DNA from: Utricularia gibba
Taxonomy: Eukaryota > Plantae > Magnoliophyta
NCBI GenBank assembly: GCA_002189035.1
Contig: NEEC01000013.1
Location: forward strand, 62,001-126,000
Direction: 5' to 3'
Length of the DNA stretch: 64,000 bases
Shown: positions 52,341 to 64,000 of the stretch, one piece after another
Layout of the letters: each line of letters begins with the position of its first letter
Position numbering within the stretch: the first letter of the stretch is position 1
The notes under the pieces: generated by a model
Told to the model about the DNA's origin: nothing
Database searches by the model: none
What the model saw: only the letters and a program-made list of their open reading frames with translations
Program-made: the position numbers and the translations under genes

Positions 52341-54841
52341 TGATAAACAAAATTCATAAGTCATTGTAGAAAATTGAATTTTTGTATCAAATAAATTTAT
52401 AAGCCTTAATCCTCACAAAATACAAACTAAATACAAGATGTGTAATGGAATTTTAGGATCGATCACAAAGTGGAAGTGCCTGTAGTGTGTTTTAGCATAT
52501 GCGAGTTTGCAGAATAAATGGTACTCTTAGTTCAAGATCAGATTAACAGCGATAGGCAAGTTCAATAAGTAAATCAAATCTCAACATAAAAAGTAACAAA
52601 GACAGGTTTTGTGCATAAAATAACACTAAGATGTCTCAAGATAGTTTAGGTGATATGATGTTCAAGTTTCCAATGAAATCTACAATTTTTCTATGTGCAT
52701 ATTCTAAACAACCTCAGTCTACCGATGTTATTTCTTGTGTTTTTTGCTAAGAAAGTCCCCAATACCCATGTGCATAATATGTAAAACTAGGTCTACCGAC
52801 TTGTACTGATTCTACTTAGGACTAACACATAATATCCTCATCATGATTCATTGGTCTACCTTTAAATCAAGCTTCTTAGCCACATAATTGTACATAATTA
52901 TAGTCCCCCTCCCCTCTCTTAGGTCTACCTGAGAGATGATAGAAATGAAAGGTGATGTACATAATTGTAGATTATCTAGTAAAACCTAGTCCACATCACT
53001 ATCCTACATCTTAAGGCATCCCTAAGATCTATTCACTCATATTCAAGAGATAAAGCATGATTTCATAAACATAAACTGAAGAAAACATCTCAAATATTGT
53101 CAAATAAACAATCATCGCAAAATATCTAGCAAACAAAAAAAAAATAAAGTAGAATAGTTTTGTTTTCCATCTACTATTGTCTATAGCCTGGAACAGTAGT
53201 GTTGGGCAAGGTTTTGGTGTTTGTTCTTTACATTAGATATTGTTGCGTGTCGTTTCCTCAACAAATTTTAAATATTTATAAAATGTAAAACACAAAAAGC
53301 ATAGTACGAGTATCGATCGAAGGGAGTTGTTTTTCATGAAAAGGTTTCTAAGAAACTTTCACAAAATGCCACGGTTTTACAAAATGGGGTTTTTAAGATG
53401 CAGAAATAAAAGTTATAACCGAAGTGATGGGCCTTGACTACGGTACGCAGTTCCTAGGAATAAGATTCCATCTCCTTTCTTTTTCCATCATTGACTCGGT
53501 TTTCACTGATTTCTTCCGAAGAGCTGGTAATAGAAGCAAGGAATAGCCTACTCTCCCTTACACTCTGATTGACCCTTAGGCATGGAAATAGCCTCATGTG
53601 ATTCTCCCTTGGACGATTAGGAAGACAAGAGGATTGTCTTCGATTGCCTTCAAAACCAAATGCGCGCGTGTGCCCAATTGTTGCCAACGGCCAGTGGCAG
53701 GTTCGAGGTCACAACCTGTCCACTGTCGCAGTATCTAACCCATAAACAATCCACTACTTCCCTCAAAGACTGCAACAATACGCGTGGAAGTATGCAGAAT
53801 CCGAAATCAATTCAGCGAAGAACCGAGTGTATTGCTAAAGACTTGAAAGGAAACTTCATCTACTTCCTAGAAACTAAAAGGTTTTTAGCCCAAAAGGGAC
53901 ATGAAAACATAAATGAAATTGAAAGGTAAATGTTCTTCCTCCTTGAGGGGAGGAAGAACTCCAAAGTTCTAAGTACAAGAGAAAATGTTCAAAAATCCGT
54001 AACTAAGTGCTCCAAGTGGCTTTTATATGACTCCCCACGTGCATTAACTCCTTTGGGTTCCCTTCTCATCATTCCTTCTGTCTTGCGTGCGCCAGCATCT
54101 TTCCTTTGCGTGCAAGTTAGCGCCAATCATTGCTGCAGACTCTGACATGCTGTAAGTCAGGGACCTTGACCAGTGTCAGTCTTCTGCCCACAATTGTTCC
54201 AAGTCGCATACAAGGCACGAAAAGTCAAACTCTGACCACCTGCAATACTCCTGCAACACTCAACGACAGTCTTCGGACATGTTTCGGTCAAAGTGTGAGA
54301 AAAAAGACATAAAATATATATAAAATAGGAAAATAAGAATTTTCTAATAAAAATCAAATACTTAATAATAATACTTCTAATTTGGGTGACTTAATAGTAG
54401 ATTAACACCTAATAATACCTAATAAATAATTAGAAAATAGCACTTAATAGATATTTTTCTTCTGGAAAAGTTGTCTTCTTCTTGCCTATTGTTCGTGTTT
54501 TTTAAGCTTCTTGGAGAGGCTCCCAATGAAGCTCCTCTCCTTTGGTTTCTCTCTCCTTCAAAAATATCTTCCTCACTCTTTTTCCAATGTGAATAGTGTT
54601 CCTAACATGCATGTTCTTGGCCTGAATTTGTAGACTACTACAACAAAAGTTACACTCATTTTAAGACCTTGCTACTATGCTCAAAAAGAGTTAATGACAT
54701 AGAGTGATTTAGCCCATATGCACACAAAATCATATCCATTCCTAAATTGATTAAACAACTAAAATCATGAAATAAACACAAAATATAATAAATAAGTTAC
54801 AATTTTCATATCATAAAAATAGGAAAATTTATGTATCATCA
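52341..54841 (-). mobile_element. Family A solo-type LTR interrupted by family B
   Basis: TGATAAAC...TATCATCA. Flanks CAATT / AGGAG do not match. Confidence 0.82.
53241..54449 (-). mobile_element. Family B solo LTR, 1209 bp
   Basis: TGTTGCGTGTC...CACTTAATA. Exact TSD GATAT (53236-53240 and 54450-54454). Confidence 0.9.
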
Positions 54842-55180
54842 AGGAGTTTAGGAATTTCATATAGACATGGTTTAACGGTAATCCATACCCATAGTCATAA
54901 GAGCATCTTTACCCATTTACGGAAATAATGATCTGGCATTTTTGGAAATAGGGTAAAGATTTCCACAAATTCATAAATGTGCTTCTTTACTCATGAAACT
55001 GAAATGACGAAAGACATTTTCCTTCCAGAAACAGTTTAAAAGCAAGGTAATTTTATATTATTTTAATATTATGATTTACTAGAATGAATACAAACGTAAA
55101 AGAAATTCAATAAAGGAAACTCAATAACTCAATATCCGTAAATGCCATGTCAGCATTTACGAAAATTGGTAAAGATGCTC

Positions 55181-55283
55181 TAATCTCATATGACCACAAG
55201 TTAGCTATAAACCATGGCCATAGTTGTAATCTCATACGACCATGGGTTAGCTATAACCCATGACAATAGCCATAATCTCATAT
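55181..55283. repeat. 46-bp tandem repeat, about 2.2 units
   Basis: TAATCTCATA recurs at 55181, 55227 and 55273, and GTTAGCTATAA is shared by the first two units. Confidence 0.8.
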
Positions 55284-56645
55284 AGGCATATAAAAGATTA
55301 TTGAGCTAATAGAGTTGTAAACCTGTGACATGCATGGTACTCTCACAATGACATATGTGAATTTGAAAAAGAACCTTTTGGTCCATAGCTTGATTGAAAT
55401 GGCGAGGGATCGAGCAAGAATTAAGGCATCCACGGTGCAGGGATTCGTTGAAACTAAATTCAAATTCAAGATATCATATTAGAATGTATTGTCTATTTTG
55501 ATACAATACATATGAGTTGGTTTATGACACATGGAAGTATTCCATAATTGAGTTACCTATGTATCTCCATGAAATACAGAGGTAAAATGTGGGCAAAGTT
55601 GTTGTATTCAACAATGCTCATAGGAGGCATAGAGGGCACATGTTGCACTATGTTTTTTAGGCTTTCAGACCTTGTATCTCAAGTTACAAACATTGTTATC
55701 CAATGGTACAAATAGGTGAGGTGCACATGTATATCATGTATAACTACAAATTCATTTGTTGTTATGGTTACAATAGAGAATAATTTTGCATAAAAACAAG
55801 AACAGCTCTTTCACGCAGTCTCTAATAAAGTTAACAATGTATGAGTTGAAGAATATATTAGTGTCATGATGATAGCCATTGTATTCAAGATTAGTCCTAT
55901 GCATAGAGTTATCCACATTATTGACATCTTCAATAGAATATAAAACTAAGGATTTTGGAAAATTTTTTGAGTTCCATGCAACTATGATACAAGGTTCGTC
56001 TCTATTTCAAGTGCCATGTTACAAGATTATTTTTAATTTAACAATTAATTGTCATCACTATATAGGCATGTTACACCTTTAATATAAATCTATGGAAGGT
56101 TATTGATAAGTTATATTTGGTGAAGACACTTTCTGTTGTGTACTCAAATAACTTTAACCCCTTACAAGATAAAGTCAAATGGAATGATACTTCCTTCTTT
56201 TTATTGCTGAACCGAATAGATTAGGTGAATGTCATCGTTCTGGATGACATGCAACAACTCAAGTGCATGGAAAAATGTATTAGAGAGTTGGTTCATCACT
56301 CTATAGAATATCAACTCACAACTGGAACCTAAGAGAATCATCACAAATTCAAGGGGAGAGAGATACTACATTATCTCAAAGTACACGGCATTTGTCATAT
56401 ACATTGAGGCCCCTTCCAATGATAGATACGATGGAAGCATTCAGTATAAACTCTAGTCTTGTTTCCAATCAAGGGGAGAGAGGTACTGATACATTCTTTG
56501 CAAAGTCTAGTTTTCAAAAAATCTCACCCGCACCATGCTCCCTCCCAACTCATGCATTTCAAGGTGACTTGGAGAGAGAAATTGAATGAATTCTGAAGAA
56601 GTTTAAACATGTGTTGGCAAGAGAAGTAAACATTACATCTTGGGC

Positions 56646-58058
56646 TGATAAACATAAATTTTAGCATATCGTTGCAAATAAAGAAAATCTCCGTATCAAG
56701 TAAATTTATAAGCCCTTATCTACACAAAATACAAATTTAGAAAACTTGTATAGTGGATGTCGGGGTCGATCACGAAGAGCTTGTGCTTGCTAAGTGTTTT
56801 AGTAAATGTACAATTCGGAATAACAATAAGTCTTAGTCTAAGCTTGGACCAACAATGGTAAACAAGTTCGGTAAATAAAATCAGTAAACAATATCAAGTC
56901 TTAACGTTAAGGTAACAGGTACCGGTTCTAACTCGGAATAATACTAACGTGCCTTAAGGATCTAAAAGTGGTATGGTGCCAAAATTCCTAATTTAATCTA
57001 CCATTTTCCTACATTCACAACTTCAAATAACCTAATTTTACCCAGGTCATTCATCATATTTTCAGCTAAGCTAGTCCCTCATATCATCATCAACATTGCA
57101 ATTAGATCTACCCGCATGCAAAGTATAAAGAACTAGGTCTACCCGGTTCTACTGGTTATACCCCGAACTATCACCTACTGCTCCCGTCTTGATTTATTGG
57201 TCTACCTCTAAATCAAGCATCTAAGTTATGAAGCTACTTGTTTCCCTCCTTAGGTCTACCCATGGTTTGATACAAACAAGAGTTAAGAAACAATGGTAAA
57301 TTTTATTAAAATTCCTAAACCCACACCACCATGCTTCACCTTAACGCACTTCTAGGGTTTAGCTACTCATGTTTTGAAGGTAAAAAGTAATGACATTAAC
57401 ATAAAACCATGAAAATGTTAAGAACATTGTGTAGAAGTTGGATGCAGAAACTAAAAGAAAGCGATAAGTGTTCTGGTTTCCGTCTGCCACTGTTCATAGG
57501 CCAGAACAGTAGCGCTGGACTGGTCTTGATGCTGTTGTTGAGGATGAAGTTCTTCTTCTCCTCTTCTTCTAATCGGTGTTCTTCGTGTTGGAGGTGTTGT
57601 TGTTGGTGGAGAAGTTGTCCCCCCCTAGAGGTTTCTGAATGTTGGAGAGAAAATCCCCCCCGTGTGTATTCTAAAAAACGCGTTGTCCTTTTGTGATTCT
57701 CTCTCCTCTACCTTTCTCTCGCCTCCCACTACCCAAAGCAACTACATTCTATGACAGTTCTATTGCTCCTGTTCCTGACTTGCAGACTGCTGTCGAGACA
57801 GTGTATTCATTGCCTCCTGCTGCGCGGTAACTTACACGAAATCCTTGACTTTTCCATGATTTTCGGATAGCTGCTGGGCTCAAAATTGGTTTAGACAATG
57901 GGTGGGCTAAATCAAAGAATTTAGCCCAATAACACATCAAAAATCACATTTCCTTAAATTATATATAAAAATACTTAAAACTATAAAATAAAAAACTAAA
58001 CATAATTAAAAACTCATGATTTTCATATCCTAAAAATATTAAAATTTGTGTGCTATCA
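56646..58058 (-). mobile_element. Family A solo LTR, 1413 bp
   Basis: TGATAAAC...GCTATCA. Exact TSD TGGGC (56641-56645 and 58059-58063). Empty-site paralogue at ~49430-49456. Confidence 0.94.
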
Positions 58059-60982
58059 TGGGCCTATTTCATCATGTTTTAACTCTTCAACTACAATTCT
58101 TGTATTGTTGAACCAATCAATGTTAAAATATAAATAAAGAACATTTATGATAAAAGACACCAGTTACATTCCTAGGCAACTCCATGTTTTGGCAATAGAG
58201 TCGTTTTTAGTTGGAGGTAAACTTATGCATTGAGGATGGGCTCACCCATATGGACACATACCTCTCAATCCTCTTGAATTTCTAGGATAATGAAATCAGC
58301 AATTGTGTGCACCATTAAAGCGATAAAATTTGTGAAATACATTATTTTACATTTTCAATTTACAAAATACATCTTTTTGGGCTGATTTGGTGAAACACAT
58401 TATTTCGCATTTTCGATTTGTAAAATACATCTTCCACATACTATTTTTGTTTACGGAATGTAATTAATGGCCAGATGATGTATTTTGTAATTAATGGAAG
58501 GGTCTCATGAAACTTATTGGGAATAAAATTAGTGGTGTATTCAAGAAGAAATAAATGTTTTAAAACCATCTAAAATATAGTTCGATGCTAGATCTGATTT
58601 TTAAAACAATGATTTAGAGTCGAACAGATAATTCACCTTCGAGTGATACAAAACACTACTTTATATCAACCAAAAACAAAACAAAAATTAAAAGGAGAAC
58701 TATAAAAAAAAACTTGCTGTCATAAAATGATCATAATCAATATCAAGTAAGATAAAAATAATGGCAGTTTTGACCAGCATTTTTATTAGTTTGACAGTTT
58801 AGATTAACATATATTTACCAATGATAGTTTTCGACTTTAATGATAGTTTGACCATATCATATTATTATAATTTATACAATTAACTTTTAATGATTATAAT
58901 ATTGACCATGAACAATTCATAGATAAGACAAAATGTTCTTGATATGTTTTTCGAAAATTCAATTTTAAACTTACCTTTTATTATATTGGTAAAAATAATC
59001 AATAATTTTTTATCGATTAAACAACTTTAATCAATAGTTGAAGTTCTTTTAACCAAACAATTTATGGATTGGGTAATTTTGACAATCAATCATTTGTATT
59101 AAATTTGTCAACCAAACAAGTTTTATTGATTTGTATATTTTTAATTATATATATCCACTTTTTTCAATTTGAAAATTTTGAATATCAATTATTTATGAAA
59201 AAATATACGCATTGGTTACAAATACATTTATGATAATTTATAAAAATAATACATAATGATTATAATGGTGAATAATAATAATTCATATATAATATAAATT
59301 TAAATTATATAAAAAACTTGACCATCATTTTATTAACAATGATGAAACTAGTCAATAACTTTTATCAATTACATAACATCAACCATTAGTTGAAATTATT
59401 TTAATCAAATATTTTATTGATTTGGTAATTATTACTATCAATTATTTGTATTTAATTTATCAATTTAAACAATACAGCTTTCACCATACATAGACACTTT
59501 TATCAATTTAAAAATACTATCAATTATTTCTACAAAAAAATATAACTTTATCTTAATTTTATCCATTGTACAAACTAATAATTACAACCCTTATGGTTTA
59601 ATTTCTTCGCATTTTCCTTTATTCATCGATTCAAACATAATTTTCATTTGGAGGATGTGTCAAAAAAAAAAAAACACACATGATCAATGACATGGATCAA
59701 TATTTTTCATGTAGTAAAACCCCTTGAGAGTGATATGTTTTAAAGTCTCTATAATCTCGTTAAATTATGCTTTAGTGGTCAATTGAGCTAACTTCCACAC
59801 ATAAGTCTTCACAATATCTATCAATAGAACTTTAGTTTTTTTTGTAAATTTTTAACATGTGAATAATACAATAAACTTACAAATTGATAAAAAAAAATTA
59901 ATCCATATTACAAAGAGAAGATAATATGGATGTCTATTTTGCCTTTTGAAAATACACATTTGATTCTAGGAATTAAACTAATTACTCTGTTTGAGTGATT
60001 GTAAATAATTTTTTAACATAATAGGTTATTTCATAATCCTTTGTAGTAATAAATAATTTCTAACTCTTTAGTCTTTCAACATTCACAACATTCTAAGCAA
60101 TAGAGAAAAACATCATCATTAGTATCTTAGCAAATGGCAAGCAAATCTTCAATCTACTCATATCACTTTGTTAAGTTATATCGTGTTCATATCTCATATG
60201 ATTCAAAATAACGATGGTTATATCACATGCATATTCACGTCTCATATGATTCAAAGTGATGATAGTTATATCGTATTCATGTTGATGCATAATTATAACG
60301 GCATTAGGTTTGAAATTGGTTAGTTTTGATAACATAAGAGGTTAAATATACACTTTTATAAGTTGGGGGAGGGTAAACTGTTTATAATAAAAGCTAATTT
60401 GGAGAACTATGATGTCATTTTCAGACTTGTGGGTTAAATATTGATATTAATTGTAAGTTAGAGTTTTGCTGCGTGACTCCACCCAAAAAATTATGCAAAC
60501 TATTTTAATTGAAAATCAAATATTACTTATATCAAAAAATTATTTTTAACCTACAAAATTATATTAATACATTTAAAAGAATTAAACGATGTAAACTTAT
60601 TTTATTTTTTAAAAAATTATTTGATATCTAAAAAAATGAATGCAGATATATAATTTTCAAAAAAAAAATTAATATTTTTACAAGAAGTATAGTTACTTCT
60701 TTAAGGAATCTATCGTATAAAGGTAGATTGACATATGATCTTATTTTTGGGTGCTAGATACTTTTATAAAGTAGGGTTGTGTATGTAGAAAGTGATGTTA
60801 TGAAAAATAATCTTAGATTTACTATTTCGATGTATCATGGTGTTTTTGTACAACTGATGCAAGTCCTGAAGTTCGAGTGTGGGATTTGGTAATTCAATTG
60901 CACAATCACACAAGTATTTAGGTTTGAGTCATGCACTACATAATGCTTTAAGGGTGGGGGTGGGTGGAAACTTTGAGCTATT

Positions 60983-62140
60983 TGATAAATGAAAAATATT
61001 GCAATGTTGTTAAAATGAAAATTTCTTCTATCAAATAAATTTATAACCTAATACATATTCAAGCATAATACAATTATGAGTATAGTGATTAGAGTCGAAT
61101 GTGAAGAGTGGGTGCTTGTCATGTGATTATCAATGCATTTAATCAGTGTCACATTGATAGATTTGGTTTTAACTAGAATTAAGGCAGAACTACAATAGAA
61201 TATAATAGAGAAAAGTAGAAACTTTTGAACTTGGTTGTCTTTAAGATGAAATGGTGATGCCTTGGGACTTCTACAGGATGTATGCTTATCACTAAATACT
61301 CTCACACAAATTATAAATCAAACAACTAACAAACAAAGTCTAGGTCTACCCGTACTCTTTTTTCCCCCTAATCTTTGGTCTACCTCTAATTAGGGTTGTT
61401 AAGATGTGTTTCACTACTTCCCCCTTTTGCATCTATCATGGTTTGTTAAGGAAGTGACATGACTTATGGTTACTAAAGTCTAAAGATTGATTGGCACATT
61501 TCTCCCTTTTTCACCCCAAAGCACTCCTAAATGCTTAGCCACTCATGCTTAAGGTAAATGAAAATGAAAAAGAAAACATCATCCATATTATACTCATCTC
61601 ATAGTCGACTACCAGAAAATAAACAAACAAGGAAATTAAAAAGTTCAACATAAAACTAGAACTATCACTAGCTACTCTTAGTTGAGATTAATATTCTTTG
61701 AAAATAAAAGAAAGTCTTCAGACATCAGCTTCGTTCCTGCTTCATCTTCCTCATTCTTCCCCAGAATTCTTCTCCATAAAGAATGTGTCGTGTGCCCTAA
61801 TGGGTGAGATCTCTTTTATCTCTCCATCTTGTTTCATTTTTGCGTCCAAAATCCCGTTTTTCCTCTCCTTGGATTTTATGTTCTTTTTTTCAGCATTTTG
61901 CCTCATCCTCTACCATTGCAATGTTCGTATCTGGCTCCTTGAGATTCAAGTTGCCATCATGCGCTGCATTACTCAAAGAAAAGTATCAGAAGTAAGGTTG
62001 ATTTAGTCCCACTTATCAATAAAAAGCACGATTATGGTACTATTCGCAAAAAAACATAGAAATAAGTAATAAAACTTAAGTTTTGTAGCACAATATGAGT
62101 CATTTCCTTACACTCCATCACTCAAAAATATGTGTTATCA
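60983..62140 (-). mobile_element. Family A solo LTR, diverged subfamily, 1158 bp
   Basis: TGATAAATG...GTTATCA. Exact TSD CTATT (60978-60982 and 62141-62145). Confidence 0.85.
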
Positions 62141-62879
62141 CTATTTCTCATTGAACTTCACATAGATGTGATTGGAAAAGTTCTTTCCATAATTAGTCAA
62201 TTTTTGTGTGATTTCAATGATTAGGGCTTTCAGTTTTTAGGTGATAAAGCAGAGTTTGTTGAATCATGTAATAAATTAGACATTCGCATATCACAACAAC
62301 ATGGTATGGTGGAGAAAATAAATATGATGATTATGAATATGAATTCTATGAGATGCAGAAATTACATGAATATGAATTCTATAAGATGCAGCAATTACAA
62401 CAATTTATCTCTTAGGAATCATTTGGTTCATAGTTGTTGTATGTGGGTTAAGACAAGAAATATCCATGGCTGAGTCCATTCAAATAATATTTCAATAAAA
62501 TCTATTTTATTTTGGTCTTTTTCTAGCTTTTATGTCATTGCTCCATCTGTATTCTGATCTCACAAGAGTTTTTTTGAATGCATTGAAAGCAAAAGAATTC
62601 TATCGGAAGGACATGTATGAACGGGACTCCAGTGACCGGATCAACAGAATGAAAAGAAGAGCTATTCAGAGAATGTATTCTCTAGTTGCTCGAAGCAGTG
62701 TTTCTCCAACTTAGGTAGCTGGGTTTATTGACATACTCAATGGTTGCAACCTCTAAGTATAACATTAAAGTAATGGAGTACAACTAATGCAAGTCTTAAA
62801 TGTTTCTCAACATCTCATTGCTCACTCCAAGTCATGAAAGCCATTCATCTATCATCCTAATATGAGCTGTGAACCCATG

Positions 62880-63400
62880 ATTGAGCAATACCTAAACCAA
62901 GCTTATCGATGATGGACTGAAATGGTAGCATACAAAGAGACTTGGTAAATATACTAGTTGATAAGAAGGTATAGATCGAGGCACTAAAAATCCTTTTTTG
63001 TATTGATCAATCTCTATGTGTTTTGTTTTTTCGTGAAACATTGCATTGCAATTGAGGTAAATAAGAGAGTGTTGGCTGCCGCAAGTCTTTCAAAATCTAG
63101 GAAATCCACATCAACTTTGTAGTTGCAGTAGCAAAGCTGCAAGTACTTTGCTTCCATGGATGACTGATTGCCTAGGAGCATAAAATAACCAATTACCAAC
63201 TTCCGAGTGATGGCACACACCCTTCAGTTTGCATCATAATAACTAGTAAGCTTTAATATCACACAAGTGTGAAGCGGTCCGTGAAATCAATCGCTTCCAC
63301 TTGAATGTAGCCTTTGGCTACAACTCTTGCTTTATGGTTTGCAATAAAGCCATTTGCATTTCGTTCGACTTTGTAAACTCATTTGCATCGAAGAGAGTGT
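62880..63400 (-). mobile_element. Ty1/copia RT-RNase H remnant, internally deleted
   Basis: Minus strand reads HKARVVAKGYIQVEAIDF (RT), then CAITRKLVIGYFMLLG and FQSIIDKLG (RNase H), with most of RT missing. Confidence 0.75.
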
Positions 63401-63428
63401 TTCCCTTTATGTAAATATACAAGGGTCT

Positions 63429-63585
63429 TGATAAATAAAAATTTTCTATCGTTGTAAAAAAATTAAACTTTGATCTTAAATAAATTTATAATCCTTATTC
63501 CTCACAAAATACAAATAAAGGACAAATTGTATATTGGATTTTGGGGTCGATCATGAGAAGGAATTGCTTACTATGTGTTTTTATC
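63429..63585 (-). mobile_element. Family A LTR terminal fragment
   Basis: TGATAAATAAAAATT...GGGGTCGATCATGAGAAG. Confidence 0.75.
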
Positions 63586-63841
63586 AAGAACAACCAGCCT
63601 GTCTAGGCTGAGCCGCATATTCGAACCATTCTGTGCAGCAATCATTAGTCGAGGAGCGAAATGGGAAAAGGACGTCTGCATGCATGATAAATCAATAGGG
63701 GTAGGCTGGACTGAGTTTAGAGGGAATAGATTATTCAGATGGTGAAATCTACTTTCTGACGAGTTGAAGAATTTTTTATGGAATAAGATGAAGGCAGTTT
63801 AATTCTAGTGTGACACTAAAACTAACTTCCAGCATACATAA

Positions 63842-64000
63842 TGTTAAGTGTCATTTTCAAGTTATTTATTATATATTATTAGGTGTTAATCTAGTATTAA
63901 ATCACCCAAATTAGGAGTCTTATTATTAAGTACTTGATTTTATTAGAAAAATCCTATTTTCCTATTTTTTTATATATTTTCTGTCTTTTTTCATGCTCAT
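63842..64000 (+). mobile_element. Family B LTR start, cut by the window edge
   Basis: TGTTAAGTGTCATTTTC..., the reverse complement of 51160-51285 and 54300-54449. Confidence 0.85.

Noticed and set aside
55790-56400. Possible copia RNase H/PPT remnant (IRELV, AAGGGGAGAGAG); similar PPT-like motif at ~28700
   Set aside because: Too decayed to delimit or classify with confidence.

Overview
AT-rich nuclear DNA of a flowering plant (eudicot; species not determinable by eye). I can support four protein-coding genes. (1) An intact 10-exon CHR27/CHR28 (FRG)-type SNF2-RING helicase on the minus strand, 4157-9444, 979 aa by my exon assembly. (2) A two-exon 56-aa hydrophobic microprotein that the ORF track misses, 25465-25734. 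(3) SCARECROW, 40524-42992, carrying a single missing C at 41548-41550. (4) A convergent multi-exon GOLD-domain gene, minus strand, 43471-46866. Most of the remaining sequence is nested LTR-retrotransposon debris with no intact element. It includes about 13 copies of a 1.2-1.4 kb LTR family (A), 5 of a second (B) and 4 of a third (C), one CRM-like solo LTR, a hAT MITE, a Mutator-like MITE, and decayed gypsy/copia pol fragments. Nine solo LTRs carry 5-bp target-site duplications (eight exact or effectively so, one 4/5). The most unusual signals are: two hairpins in family A whose arms co-vary between copies; an inverted LTR pair whose identity rises toward the spacer; the hidden microprotein; the SCR frameshift; and two paralogous segments that act as empty-site controls for each other. 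Superfamily and clade names are inferences from end motifs and were not database-checked. Identity values are hand estimates from local windows.
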